The position numbers and the translations under genes were made by a program. A model generated the notes under the pieces. The model was not told the DNA's origin. It saw nothing but the letters and a program-made list of their open reading frames with translations, and did no database searches. Below, piece after piece: positions 1-10,326 of a stretch of 64,000 nt of DNA. The first letter of the stretch is position 1, and each line of letters begins with the position of its first letter. The stretch is from Blepharisma stoltei ATCC 30299 (Eukaryota > Protista > Ciliophora): contig CBFDEM010000047.1 of the NCBI GenBank assembly GCA_965603825.1, positions 558,001-622,000 on the forward strand, read 5' to 3'.

Positions 1-85
1 CAAAATCAGGCATATTTCGCTTCCTAAGAAATTTAATTATGCAAAAAATAAAATGGCAATATTTTGAGGTTTAGGATATACTTAG

Positions 86-1012
86 CTATTTCAATTTGTT
101 AAAACGCTCTTCGATATCATCTAGCTCATTTCTTTGTCCAGGCTGCATTTTTGGGTCATCTTTAGGTGAATTTGTAGGGCTTGGAGTTTTGGTTTCTTCT
201 TCATGCAAATCTTCAATATCAGGGTCAGGATATTGAATCTTTGGTTTTTCATTTTCTCCACTTGCATCTTCAGCTTTCTTGTCAACAGTATCTTTTGGAT
301 ATAAATCTTGTCTCAGATTCGATGCAGCATTTTTTTCTTCTTCACTTTCAACCACTCTTGTAGTCATCCTTGTTGGGCAAGAAGCTTCAAAATTTCCGAG
401 ATTTTGCTGATTAAATTTCATTGGATTTACTATAGTTTGCATATACTAAATGATTTTTACCTTCTTAACTTCTGATCCAGGCACAAAGTCGACTCTTTTT
501 TCTGATGCAATTTCAATAATTTTCATCATTTTTTCATTTTCTGATGGTATAGAAGACACTAATTTGTTAAGAACGGCATGATTTACCATCCCATCAGCAT
601 CAATATTCGCTTTTTCGCAATATTCAATGCCATATTTCCCTGCAAATTGCTTTCTTATTTTTATCATTTCTTCACATTCTGATCGGCTAGCACTTCATAT
701 TAATGTGTCGATTGCTGATCGTAATTCTGCAGGGCAGGTTTTGGACTCAGAAATTTGTCTAATTCTTTCATTGCATTGAATACAAAACATAGAAACGATT
801 TCTAAAGCTGAGATGTAATTTTCTGTGTTTATAAAACCTTCCACTTTGATCATCGCCATCTCTTCTTGACCATTTCTGAGAAGGGTAGCTATTTCATCTT
901 TTAAATTATAGTTAGCCGCCATTCGTTTGTTTTTGATGAGACCTATTCTGATTACAGCCATTTGGAGACTTGTTTTTAGCTTATCGGCATTGTAGGATGG
1001 TTTATTCCCCAT
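86..1012 (-). CDS. IST1: IST1-like ESCRT-III-associated regulator of Vps4 (~303 aa; 1 TGA=Trp, 1 intron 446-460)
   Basis: Three track ORFs join in frame: TGA 695-697 gives SAIDTLI-W-SASRSECEE (IST1 LIWAA motif) and a 15-nt intron removes a TAG. N-terminus KLKTSLQMAVIRIGLIKNKR...EIATLLRNG and C-terminal IEERFNKLK resemble IST1 core and MIM1. Confidence 0.9.
446..460 (-). other. 15-nt spliceosomal intron gtaaaaatcatttag (IST1)
   Basis: GT..AG, A at -6; removal deletes an in-frame TAG. Confidence 0.85.
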
Positions 1013-1222
1013 TTTTAATAAATAAAGGGCCAATGGTTTAGTTTCATAGATAATGACATTTTTTTAAAAATAAAAAATTGTTAAACAATAAAATAATTAT
1101 TTTTGATTTTTTTGACAGATTTTGATCAGACGAACAAAGAAAATAATTACTCGGGTTATATATTTACTAATTTATATTTACAGTGAATTTAAGCTAATAT
1201 ATATTTTAAATTCTACTTACAC

Positions 1223-1843
1223 TTATAATCCTTGCTTTATGCTTCTTGATTTCCCTTCAGATGTAAAAGGTCTTGCTTTATTAAAATCAAACTTTTGAAA
1301 AGTCCCTGCAGTTGTAGGTCTATTATATTCTGTAGCAGGTGAATTTGTGCTAAAAAGATCAAAGCTTGTTGACTTTGGAATCCTTCCAGCATTTTCTGAA
1401 AGCTTTAATGACAAATATTGGTTGTAATTAAAATCTCTTTTTCATTTCTTTGTTGAGTACACAGATTTCGCACTTTGCAATCTTCTAAGTATTTTTTTGT
1501 TTTCATCTGTTATTTTAGTCAGCTCTATAACTCTTGAATTCTTATTCAATGATAGATTTTGAGGGGCGGTTTTAGACAAAAGAGAATGAGGAGTTAAAGT
1601 TGAAGGCTTCATATCAATTTCTAGCATTTTTTGAAGAAGAAGCTTATTCTGTTGGTCAATCACTGCTCCTCTGTCATTTTTTATCCGTTCTTGCTTAGCT
1701 CGGCTTTGAAGATGAGGCATTGCTTTTGGAGGAAGATTGTCTATGCGAGGTCTCATGTTTCTTATTTTTATTTGATGCAGCATATGCTCTCTTAAGATTT
1801 CTCGATCTGTGCAGCGCTTGTTGGCACCTACGATATTCCACAT
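1223..1843 (-). CDS. CFAP97/Hemingway-domain ciliary protein (~206 aa; 1 TGA=Trp)
   Basis: RIDNLPP..HL...KQE....IDQQNKLLLQKM and ITDENKKILRRLQSAKSVYSTKK-W motifs. ORFs 1442-1843 and 1223-1414 are joined in frame through TGA 1442-1444. Confidence 0.75.
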
Positions 1844-2060
1844 TCAGATAATTTATATTTAACTAATGAAAGAAATGAAAAAAATTAATAAATTCCTAGC
1901 ATTGCTATTAAAAATACATGAATAATATTTAAAAAATCATTGCAGCTTTTTTTAATCATAATATTCGTTGGTTTAATTAATATGAGTATAATTGTTATAA
2001 AAATATCCAAAAAATATTGTAAAGCATTTAGATTGCTAATGATATATTTTTGATTTGAAT

Positions 2061-2115
2061 ATGAAAATTTAATGAAAAGTTGATGAAATATTGATGAAAA
2101 GCTGATAAAATTACA
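2061..2115 (+). repeat. Five imperfect 11-bp tandem units (ATGAAAANNTG-like) in the divergent intergenic region upstream of RPL4
   Basis: Units: atgaaaattta, atgaaaagttg, atgaaatattg, atgaaaagctg, ataaaattaca. Confidence 0.6.
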
Positions 2116-2271
2116 AGAAAATTAGGGAAAAAGTGTATAATTTAATTCAATTTTATTTATACCCAAATCAATGTGCATTTCCAAATTTTTACGTATTATT
2201 GAAGTCTCCTATTCATTCTCTCATATCAGCTCTACTTCGCTATAAATTAATATTAAAATCATAAAGAATAA

Positions 2272-3318
2272 ATGGCTACTACACCTGTAATTACAGTATA
2301 CGACGCCCAAATCTCAGGTGAAGTTAAAGAAAGCATTGCCCTTCCAGCTGTTTTCACCGCTCCAATTAGGCTCGACATTGTTCGCTTTGTCCACGACAAT
2401 CTCAATAAGAACCATCGCCAGCCATACGCAGTCTCCCTCTGGGCAGGTCACCAGCATTCCGCCGAATCCTGGGGTACAGGTCGCGCTGTATCCAGAATTC
2501 CAAGAGTTTCAGGCTCAGGAACAGGCAGAGCAGCCCAAGGTGCCTTCGGCAACATGTGTAGATCTGGCAGAATGTTCGCCCCTACCAAGATCTGGAGGAG
2601 ATGGCACAGACGTGTCAACATCAAGCAAAAGCGCCATGCAGTCGCCTCCGCAATTGCAGCTACCGGTATCCCATCACTTGTTATGGCAAGAGGCCACCAA
2701 ATTGAAAATGTCAATGAAGTTCCTTTAGTCCTAGACGGAATCGAAAAAATTGAAAGAACCAAAGAACTCCTTGACGTCCTCCAAAAATATGGAGCTGGCG
2801 ACGACTTAGAAAGAGTCGAAAAAAGCGTCCACTTAAGAGCTGGAAAAGGAAAATACAGAAACAGAAGGTACACACTAAAGAAAGGACCTTTGATTATTTA
2901 CGAAGACAAAAACTGTGCTTTAAGAAGAGCTTATAGGAACATTCCTGGTGTAGATGCAGTCTCAGTCCACGAATTAAATATCCTAAAGCTTGCACCTGGT
3001 GGGACTTTAGGAAGATTTGTAGTCTGGTCTGCAGCAGCTTTTAAGCTTCTTGACAACATTTTTGGAACCTACTCAAAACCTGGAGTTGAAAAGAAAGGTT
3101 ACACATTGCAAAGACCGACCATGACCCAAGCTGATGTTTCAGCTATTGCTAAGTCAGACTCTGTGCAAGCAGTGCTAAGACCAATAAAACTAGGAGAAGA
3201 TGAGCACCATCCTAAAAAACAAAATCCTTATAGAAGCAAAAGAGCTATGGAAAAGCTTAACCCATTTTTCAAGCTAAAGAAAAGATTTGAAATCCTTAAG
3301 AACCGCAGAGGACATTAA
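2272..3318 (+). CDS. RPL4: 60S ribosomal protein L4 (uL4)
   Basis: AESWGTGRAVSRIPRV, GAFGNMCRSGRMFAPTKIWRRWH and LKLAPGG motifs; intact 348-aa ORF. Confidence 0.98.
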   Translation: MATTPVITVYDAQISGEVKESIALPAVFTAPIRLDIVRFVHDNLNKNHRQPYAVSLWAGHQHSAESWGTGRAVSRIPRVSGSGTGRAAQGAFGNMCRSGRMFAPTKIWRRWHRRVNIKQKRHAVASAIAATGIPSLVMARGHQIENVNEVPLVLDGIEKIERTKELLDVLQKYGAGDDLERVEKSVHLRAGKGKYRNRRYTLKKGPLIIYEDKNCALRRAYRNIPGVDAVSVHELNILKLAPGGTLGRFVVWSAAAFKLLDNIFGTYSKPGVEKKGYTLQRPTMTQADVSAIAKSDSVQAVLRPIKLGEDEHHPKKQNPYRSKRAMEKLNPFFKLKKRFEILKNRRGH

Positions 3319-3339
3319 GTAATTATTTAGAAATAATTT

Positions 3340-3900
3340 TTAAGCTATAACGACTATTCCAGTTCCTTGAACCTTCATAAGAGAAGCACCTATGTAGAAC
3401 CCAAATAATTTCCATTTTTTGGCTTCATAAGCTTGAATGGCATCATAGATGTCTTTGTGAATATCGACTCCGTTAACTACCATAACGTCTTCATCATATT
3501 CAAATGATAGAGGGTTTTCAAAAACATTGAGGACATGGTAAGCTTTAGGGGAGTCTCTCAAAGATCCACCACAGTCTGAAAGAATTTTTGGAAGTGATGA
3601 GAAAGCTTTTTTAATTTCTTTTAGACCTTCAAGTGCTGAAACTACTGAAGCTTGCTTAAAAAGACTAATAGCTTTGGTTAAATGAACTTTAATAGAGAGG
3701 AGATCGGTAAGACAATCTTGAATATCATTAACTTCTGACTCCGATGCAATTCCTTGCAAAACTCCTTCAATAATTTCATAAATTTCCTCATCTTCTGAAA
3801 ATGGTTTTTGGGTGGATTTCAGGAGATTCGAGCTTTCTTCTGGGACATATAATCTAGCAAGTGAAATGCTTAACAAACACAAGATTAGAGCAGCTTTCAT
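3340..3900 (-). CDS. Secreted alpha-helical protein of unknown function (~186 aa)
   Basis: Signal peptide MKAALILCLLSISLA from ATG 3900. Pattern G..G....DC..., C, and terminal G..IG is shared with 28851-29483. Confidence 0.75.
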   Translation of the reverse strand: MKAALILCLLSISLARLYVPEESSNLLKSTQKPFSEDEEIYEIIEGVLQGIASESEVNDIQDCLTDLLSIKVHLTKAISLFKQASVVSALEGLKEIKKAFSSLPKILSDCGGSLRDSPKAYHVLNVFENPLSFEYDEDVMVVNGVDIHKDIYDAIQAYEAKKWKLFGFYIGASLMKVQGTGIVVIA

Positions 3901-4168
3901 ATTTATTATTTCAACATCACCTAGTAAAAATTGGTGAAAGAATTTCAAAGCTAAAATAAAAAATAAGAGATTTTTATATAGTGAAAATGTTTACTGGCAA
4001 TATAAGCTCTAATAACAGCAGCGACAGCTGTAAATAGGTTTAGCATGAGCTAAGATTTTAATTTTTTATATCAGATAAATATACACAAAATAATTCTCTA
4101 TTTAATACTTTTGTTTTCGAAAAAAATTCACAATATTTTGGCATTTACCTTAAAAAATATGAGTTAAA

Positions 4169-5056
4169 ATGCTTTCAAGAAATAATTCCAAGCATAATTC
4201 AGGAAGATATTTTCAGAAAAAGATTGACGAAGATGAGCTTTCAAACAGGTATCATATGAGAAAAGAACAGATCTGGCAAGAAGAGCATGAAAAGGATATT
4301 GAGCACAGCAATATTTTAACTTGCCAAAAAATAGAAGAAGACTGAGCCAAAGTTTACTTCAAGAGAAAAAGTGAGCCAAAGCAGGACTACTTAAAAGATG
4401 CTATAAACAATACTTCTAATAGTATTGCAATACAGACAATTGAAATCGGCCACAACAGTGATTATGATTCAGAAATTGAATATCCGGATAACTCTATAAT
4501 CCAGCAATATATCGAAGATCAAACCCTATGCCAATCACAAGAATATACTATAAAATGAGAAAACAAAAGAGTCGTTCCAAAGACACCAAAACAAGTTTGC
4601 GTACCAACTTATAGAAAACGACGCACAAAAACGTTAGATCTTGACAAATTGTTTGGTAGCATTCCAATAGTTAAAGCATCTTCGAAGTATTGTATAAAGC
4701 CCTTAAAAACTTGCAAGCATTCAAGAGAAGTAAAATCAGTTGATTTATCGGCAAAACCAAAATCAACCAAAAAGCGGACAATGCCAAATCTACTATCTAA
4801 AGAAAGTTTATTTGAAAGAAGTACAATGAGTATAATAAAAAAGAGAAAAGCTTTGAAGGAGGCTTCGAAAATAATTTTTAGCTTCAGAAGCAAATCAGAG
4901 CTAAAATCTACTTCATTTATAAAAGAAAAGCCAGCGTCACAGCTGAATTCTTATAGAGATGAGGATGGAATGAAATTGCGAGACTTGAGAAAATTAAAAC
5001 TTCTAGAGAACCTAAACAGGCAACGACGTCCTTGTGTAGCACCGATTGGAAATTAA
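4169..5056 (+). CDS. Hypothetical basic protein (~295 aa; 2 TGA=Trp)
   Basis: ATG 4169 is open to TAA 5056 when TGA is read as Trp and includes track ORF 4649-5056. No recognisable domain. Confidence 0.7.
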
Positions 5057-5165
5057 TCGCTAATAATTTTTCGTATGATTAGGGGAAAATAAAATTTTGC
5101 TTCTAACTATTAATTTGACACTAAATTTCCACATTTCTTTGATATATATTAGAATTTTAAAGGCA

Positions 5166-6075
5166 ATGAGCAGCCTAGATGAGGAAGAGCTTGTTTATTA
5201 TGTCACCTTACCTTTCTGTGTTTTAAGTATAATAGGAAGCCTCTTCATAGTTACCATATATCTTCTCCTAAAGGAGATCCGTGTCTTTACCTTCAGATTG
5301 ATTTTTTACCTAGCCTTAATGGATCTTCTCTTTGCATCCTGTAACACTTAACACAGCTTTTGCAATCCCATGGTTCATAAACGACTACTACTGCTACGTT
5401 CAAGCCTTATTAATGAATTTCGCAGGGTTATCTGTCATTTTGTGAACTGCAACCATTGCATATACATTAAATAAATCAGTTGTACATGAAAAAGAAAATC
5501 TGGAATCTTATGAGCCTTATTACTATTTTATTGCATTTGGCATCCCTGCACTTCTTGAAGGCCTTCCTTTCATTACTGGAAGCTACGGCAAAGCTCAAGG
5601 CTGATGCTGAATCTCTCTTGGAGACGATAATCACATTAAACAATATACTCAGTCATGGTTTTATGGACAAATGTGGAGACTGCTCTGCTACTATTTGCCG
5701 CTATGGCTGACCATGGGATACAATTCCTGGGTGTATTATAGGATTTCCAAAAAAATTGTGATAGTGCTGGACAATTCCAAACAAGAAGAAAAAATGAAAA
5801 GAATGCTATTAATCAGGCTAAAGCTCTATCCAATTATTTTGGTGATCTGCCAAACCCCAGTTTCCATGCTGAGAATTGCATATTTCATTGGCATGGAAGA
5901 TGATGGAATGCTGTGACTTTCAGCAATTGCTGGGATCTTTGTCATATTGAATGGAATTTTAAACGCGCTTGTATATGGTCTTACAGATACTGTAAAAAAT
6001 GCGCTGAGGAGATATCGTGAAAAGTACAGCACCAATTTTTTTGAAAGCAGTTCTCTTATTGAAGGAACTATTTAA
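5166..6075 (+). CDS. 7TM GPCR of the Dictyostelium cAMP-receptor/plant GCR1 type (~297 aa; 16-nt intron 5341-5356; 4 TGA=Trp)
   Basis: Motifs SIIGSLFI, FRLIFYLALMDL, CYVQA, LWTATIA, YGKAQG-W-C-W-I (both W are TGA), YYLPLW, LKLYPIILVIC and NGILNALVYG; seven hydrophobic segments. Confidence 0.9.
5341..5356 (+). other. 16-nt intron gtaacacttaacacag (GPCR)
   Basis: Removal restores the frame between TM2 and TM3. Confidence 0.88.
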
Positions 6076-6120
6076 ATTGTATTTGATATAAACATATTAA
6101 GTTGAAGTTAAATAATTAAG

Positions 6121-8031
6121 TTAAGACTCAGCTTCCAGCTTTCTTAGGTGAGCTAAAACTGTTTCTTGTATAAGAGCGACCGTTTTTTGTTTGAGATTTT
6201 CAGAAAGATAATTGTATTCATTCAAAATTCTGTCGCGGTCTTTGGAAGTCTTCATTAGGTCCATTTCTAAGTCATGAATTTGGCTGGTCAAGTTTTCTTT
6301 TGTATTTTCATTTTGCTTTCTTTCAGTGGTTTGTTCTTGTAACAAAGTTTCTAGCTGCTTCATATGGGCTTCTTTTCGCTCGTTAAGAGTTTCGTTAAGC
6401 TCTTCATTTTCGGTCTTTGATCTGTCTAAATTGGTATTAAGCATATAAACTTCGCCTCTTAAGCTTTCAATAGTAGCGTTTGCTTTTGCGAGTTGCCTTT
6501 GTAGCTCAGTTCTTTCTTCTCTCAATTGATTAATTGTGGTTTCCAAAGCTAAAATTTGCTCAGAAGCACGCTTATCATTTTGCATTATTTCTCTTTGCAA
6601 GTCTTGGTTTCTTTTATTTAAATTTTCTCTTGATTCTTCAATAGATCTCATCCTTGTTTCCAGCCCTTTAAGCGTCGTGTTAAATTTAGTAGTTTCTTCT
6701 TCTCTAATCTTAAAATCTTGTTCTGTGAGTGCTTCTTGATGGTTAGATTTGAGCTGTGCGATTTGTCCTCTGAGGGTTTTATTTTCATTTTCCAACGCTT
6801 CTCTTGCAGTTCTCAAATTCCTAAGGCTTTCTTCAGCATCTTCAAGCTTATTTGTAAAATCTCTATTAATTTCGAAAACCTCTTGGAGATGCTCTTTTTT
6901 GGCTCTATCTAAAGAGTTTCTGCTGGTTTCTTCGAGTTGTTTGTAAAGTCTCTCCTGCTGAGAGAGTTTTTCATCATATGCTCTATATCTTTCCATTGTA
7001 GAGTTCTGAAGTTTTTGGAACTGCTCTTGGAGGTTTTCTAGCTCTTGGTTTAAAATCCCTTTTTCGTTGTTAGCCCTGCTTAATTTGGTTTCTAAATCTT
7101 GGATGACTCTTCTGTCGTCCATTTCACGCTTAAACGATTCTTCTTTTTGAATCATGACTGCTTCTTCAGCCATAGCTCGCTTTGCTTTTTCATTTTCTAG
7201 TTCTCCTAGTAGATCATTTCTCATTTCATTGCTTCTTCTTGCTTCTTGGTCAAGTAGCAGTTCCAATTCGTTGATTTTTGATTCACTTCTTGCAGTGGCC
7301 ATAATTTGGGCTTCTAACTTCAGGTGAATGTCATCAGAAAAATCCCTCGAAGCTGTCCTTTCCATACTTTTGGAAAGACTACGCGGAGATCCATATCTTG
7401 ATTTGTTGGGAGACTGGTCGCCTTTCAAAATTTGTTCAAGTTGCTGTAAAAGGTCTTCTGGGATCTTATTCCCTGATACTTCAATAGATTGAATGGCATG
7501 AGGCTTTCTTAAAGCTGACAGAAGGGATCTTGCACCAGATGCTCCAATGTCGTTCCATCTTAAATCAATTTTCACAAGCGATTTATTGGTTTCTATCAAA
7601 TCTGCAATATATCCAGCACCTTCAGGGCCAATTCGGTTATTTCGTATATCTAGAGTTTGAACTGACTCATTATAGGCAAGCGCTTCAGCCAAAGGCTTAA
7701 GATTGTTTCCTAGATTGTTCCACTCAAGTGATAAGTTACGTACAAAGGTTTGTCCTCGAAGAGCTGAGGCTATGGCTCTTAATCCTTCACCAGTGATATT
7801 GTTGCCACGAAGCTCCACATTGTGAACTCCTAAGTTATCTTTCAAAAATTGCGCAACTATTCCACATCCTTCATCTCCAATAAAAGCATCACCAAGATTT
7901 AAGGTAGAGCTGCCTTGCTGGGCAGAGAGCTTGTTTTCGATCTTGCTTAAAGAGAGTTCGTTAATGGCGAATGGTCTATCAGAGTCTTGCGATCTTCTCT
8001 GATCTGGAGTTGCACCTTCGTAACTTGACAT
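6121..8031 (-). CDS. RI-like leucine-rich repeat plus long coiled-coil protein (LRRC45-like)
   Basis: LRR units LELRGNNI, LSLEWNNLG, LDIRNNRIG and IDLRWNDIG followed by about 400 aa of heptad-rich sequence. Confidence 0.8.
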   Translation of the reverse strand: MSSYEGATPDQRRSQDSDRPFAINELSLSKIENKLSAQQGSSTLNLGDAFIGDEGCGIVAQFLKDNLGVHNVELRGNNITGEGLRAIASALRGQTFVRNLSLEWNNLGNNLKPLAEALAYNESVQTLDIRNNRIGPEGAGYIADLIETNKSLVKIDLRWNDIGASGARSLLSALRKPHAIQSIEVSGNKIPEDLLQQLEQILKGDQSPNKSRYGSPRSLSKSMERTASRDFSDDIHLKLEAQIMATARSESKINELELLLDQEARRSNEMRNDLLGELENEKAKRAMAEEAVMIQKEESFKREMDDRRVIQDLETKLSRANNEKGILNQELENLQEQFQKLQNSTMERYRAYDEKLSQQERLYKQLEETSRNSLDRAKKEHLQEVFEINRDFTNKLEDAEESLRNLRTAREALENENKTLRGQIAQLKSNHQEALTEQDFKIREEETTKFNTTLKGLETRMRSIEESRENLNKRNQDLQREIMQNDKRASEQILALETTINQLREERTELQRQLAKANATIESLRGEVYMLNTNLDRSKTENEELNETLNERKEAHMKQLETLLQEQTTERKQNENTKENLTSQIHDLEMDLMKTSKDRDRILNEYNYLSENLKQKTVALIQETVLAHLRKLEAES

Positions 8032-8973
8032 CCAATAAAATAATATGAATTTTTTTAAGTAAACAGCGTTAGATTGAATTTGGCTGGATTGGAATAGACG
8101 ATAAGCAAATTTAATTGCTTGATGTTTTAGTTACAGGTTTCAAAGCATTGCGATGGCTTTAAACATAGATTAATTTTGAACTAGAAAGAAAAGATTTTGA
8201 AAAGAGGCAGTCTTTCGGCCAGGAGCAGAAATTGGTATTATTAGGTGAATTATTTAAATTGACAATGAAAAGAAGTTAATTTAAGATAAAAATTTATTTA
8301 AGTCACTTTTTATCAATAAAATTTAAGGTTATATTGCATTAGAAAAATTCAAAATTCAAAGTCATCTCTAGTAATGAAGCACCAAAATTGGAATGCTGAT
8401 TAAGTATTTATGCTAAGTCTTGGCTTCTTAAAGTAATATTTTTTACAATTTTATCATAAGATTTCCTAATTATGACGGAAAACAATCTAAATTATAAATC
8501 TTTTTGCTTATCAAGATAATAAAGTAACCTTAATAATCATTGCTTGAAATTATTGGGTTTTAAATCAAAAATAATTTTTCTGATTTTGATTGTGAGAAGC
8601 TGGACGAGTGATAGAAAAAGTTCACCACTGCTATCTCTTCAATTTGCTTTATGTCTGCTGGATTTTTAAGGCTAATGAGCTTTGAAATCCAATGACGGCT
8701 AATTGTATTTCTCTGAACTCTCCTTACTTCGCCATTAAATGATTATTAAATGTCTGAAAAATGGATAAATTTCTTATATCTAGAAGCTTCAAAATAAGTA
8801 AACCTATCATAAGCTTTATATAAATCTATTATAAATTATATATACCTCTAAAATAAATGACAATTAAACAAAAATTCGTTTATTTTCAGTCAGCAAATTC
8901 GCAACAATTTTCAAAAAAAAAATCTAATAGTTTATCATCGAAATTGTAACAAAAATAATAGCAAAAATACAGT

Positions 8974-10278
8974 ATGTACGGATGCCCATTCTTCATGCAG
9001 TCTTCTTCAAAAGGCACAATAAAATCTCCTTTTGCAGTGAATAAAACCCAAAGAGCAGATGACCCCATCAGTTTCCAAATCATCCAAGATTACTCCAAGC
9101 CTTACATTTCTCCTTATATTGATTCCTTTGCTCGTTACAAGCCTGAAAAGTTCCCATGCTTTTATGATCTACCCTTTTACCTTCAAAACTCTTTATTCCA
9201 TCACACTTTTATATCCCGTCATCGAAAAACTGAGTTCACTAATAAAGTGATGATTGCAAATGAACTCAGGGAATCTGGAAATAAGAATTTCCATAAAGGC
9301 CATTTTTTCAAAGCATTTATGTGCTATGATCATTGCTTAGGCCTATTTTCTTGGATTGAGCTTGAAAGCCAAGAAGATGATGAAGGGCTAAGGATAATTC
9401 AAAATCCAGAAATGGATGAATTAAACGAAAAAGCAAGAAAAGGGATGATTTCACAAGTTCTGCTGAACTTGGCTGCTGCTCTCATAAAAATGCGAAATTT
9501 TAAGGAGGCTTTAGAAGTTTTAAAAGAAGCAGTTTTAGTAAGCCCAAAAAATCTAAAAAACAACGGCATGAGAGCTATATGCAGAGCAGCAAATAAAGAA
9601 TCCGACATTGCTACTTTACAATTAGCACTAGATGATGCGACTAAAGCTGTAGAAAAACATTCTGTATATCAGGCTATTATCGAAAAAATTAATGAAATTC
9701 TGCAAGATAAATACCAAGAAGAGTGCCTATTTTACAAAAATTTTTTCAAATGCGTTAAAGACTACTCTGGAGTCAGACCAAATACCGACTATGAGTTTGA
9801 ACATACAGTGATAAAAAAGCTTGAAAATAAATACCAAAATATGTTAATATATTATAGAGAATCAGATATTTTAGGGAAAGTCGAAGAAGAGCATCGAGAA
9901 GTTGTCAAAGTTTGCTCAAAAATGAACTGGATTTCGAACCTTTCTTTAAACAGCCCAAGCATATTGATGGCAAAGCACGCAGAAGCTGCTGGACTTAACA
10001 CTTCTGATATTTCAATTGATAATGCATTTGAAGGAGCGAAAAGACTTGAAATTGTAAAATCTTTCAAAGAAGGAAAATACAACCAGCGCCTCTTATACCA
10101 GTCAATCCAAGAAACTATGGAAGAGTTTGAAAGGAATCCGAAAAAAGAAGAAGTAGAAGAGGAGGATGGCTGGTTTACTTGGCAAAAAGGCTTGATAATG
10201 TTCCTTATTTGTGCGATCCTCATTTATATATTTTCAACACCAAGCAAGAATATCACTAGATTTAGTTACAATTTCTAG
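8974..10278 (+). CDS. TPR-containing protein with C-terminal transmembrane anchor
   Basis: ANELRESGNKNFHKG..KAFMCY and LLNLAAALIKMRNFKEAL are TPR-like helices; hydrophobic GLIMFLICAILIYIF near the C-terminus. Confidence 0.75.
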   Translation: MYGCPFFMQSSSKGTIKSPFAVNKTQRADDPISFQIIQDYSKPYISPYIDSFARYKPEKFPCFYDLPFYLQNSLFHHTFISRHRKTEFTNKVMIANELRESGNKNFHKGHFFKAFMCYDHCLGLFSWIELESQEDDEGLRIIQNPEMDELNEKARKGMISQVLLNLAAALIKMRNFKEALEVLKEAVLVSPKNLKNNGMRAICRAANKESDIATLQLALDDATKAVEKHSVYQAIIEKINEILQDKYQEECLFYKNFFKCVKDYSGVRPNTDYEFEHTVIKKLENKYQNMLIYYRESDILGKVEEEHREVVKVCSKMNWISNLSLNSPSILMAKHAEAAGLNTSDISIDNAFEGAKRLEIVKSFKEGKYNQRLLYQSIQETMEEFERNPKKEEVEEEDGWFTWQKGLIMFLICAILIYIFSTPSKNITRFSYNF

Positions 10279-10326
10279 TGTTTTTTCTAATCATTATTAT
10301 ATCATAAATTTCTCTTCATAAATAAA

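Noticed and set aside
8560-8740. About 58 open codons on the minus strand in the spacer
   Set aside because: No in-frame ATG. The only candidate 15-nt intron (gtaaggagagttcag) lacks the -6 A and yields a 23-aa product.
8690-8758. Possible C/D box snoRNA (ATGACGG..CTGA..ATGATT..CTGA)
   Set aside because: Poor C box, no terminal stem, no recognisable rRNA-complementary guide
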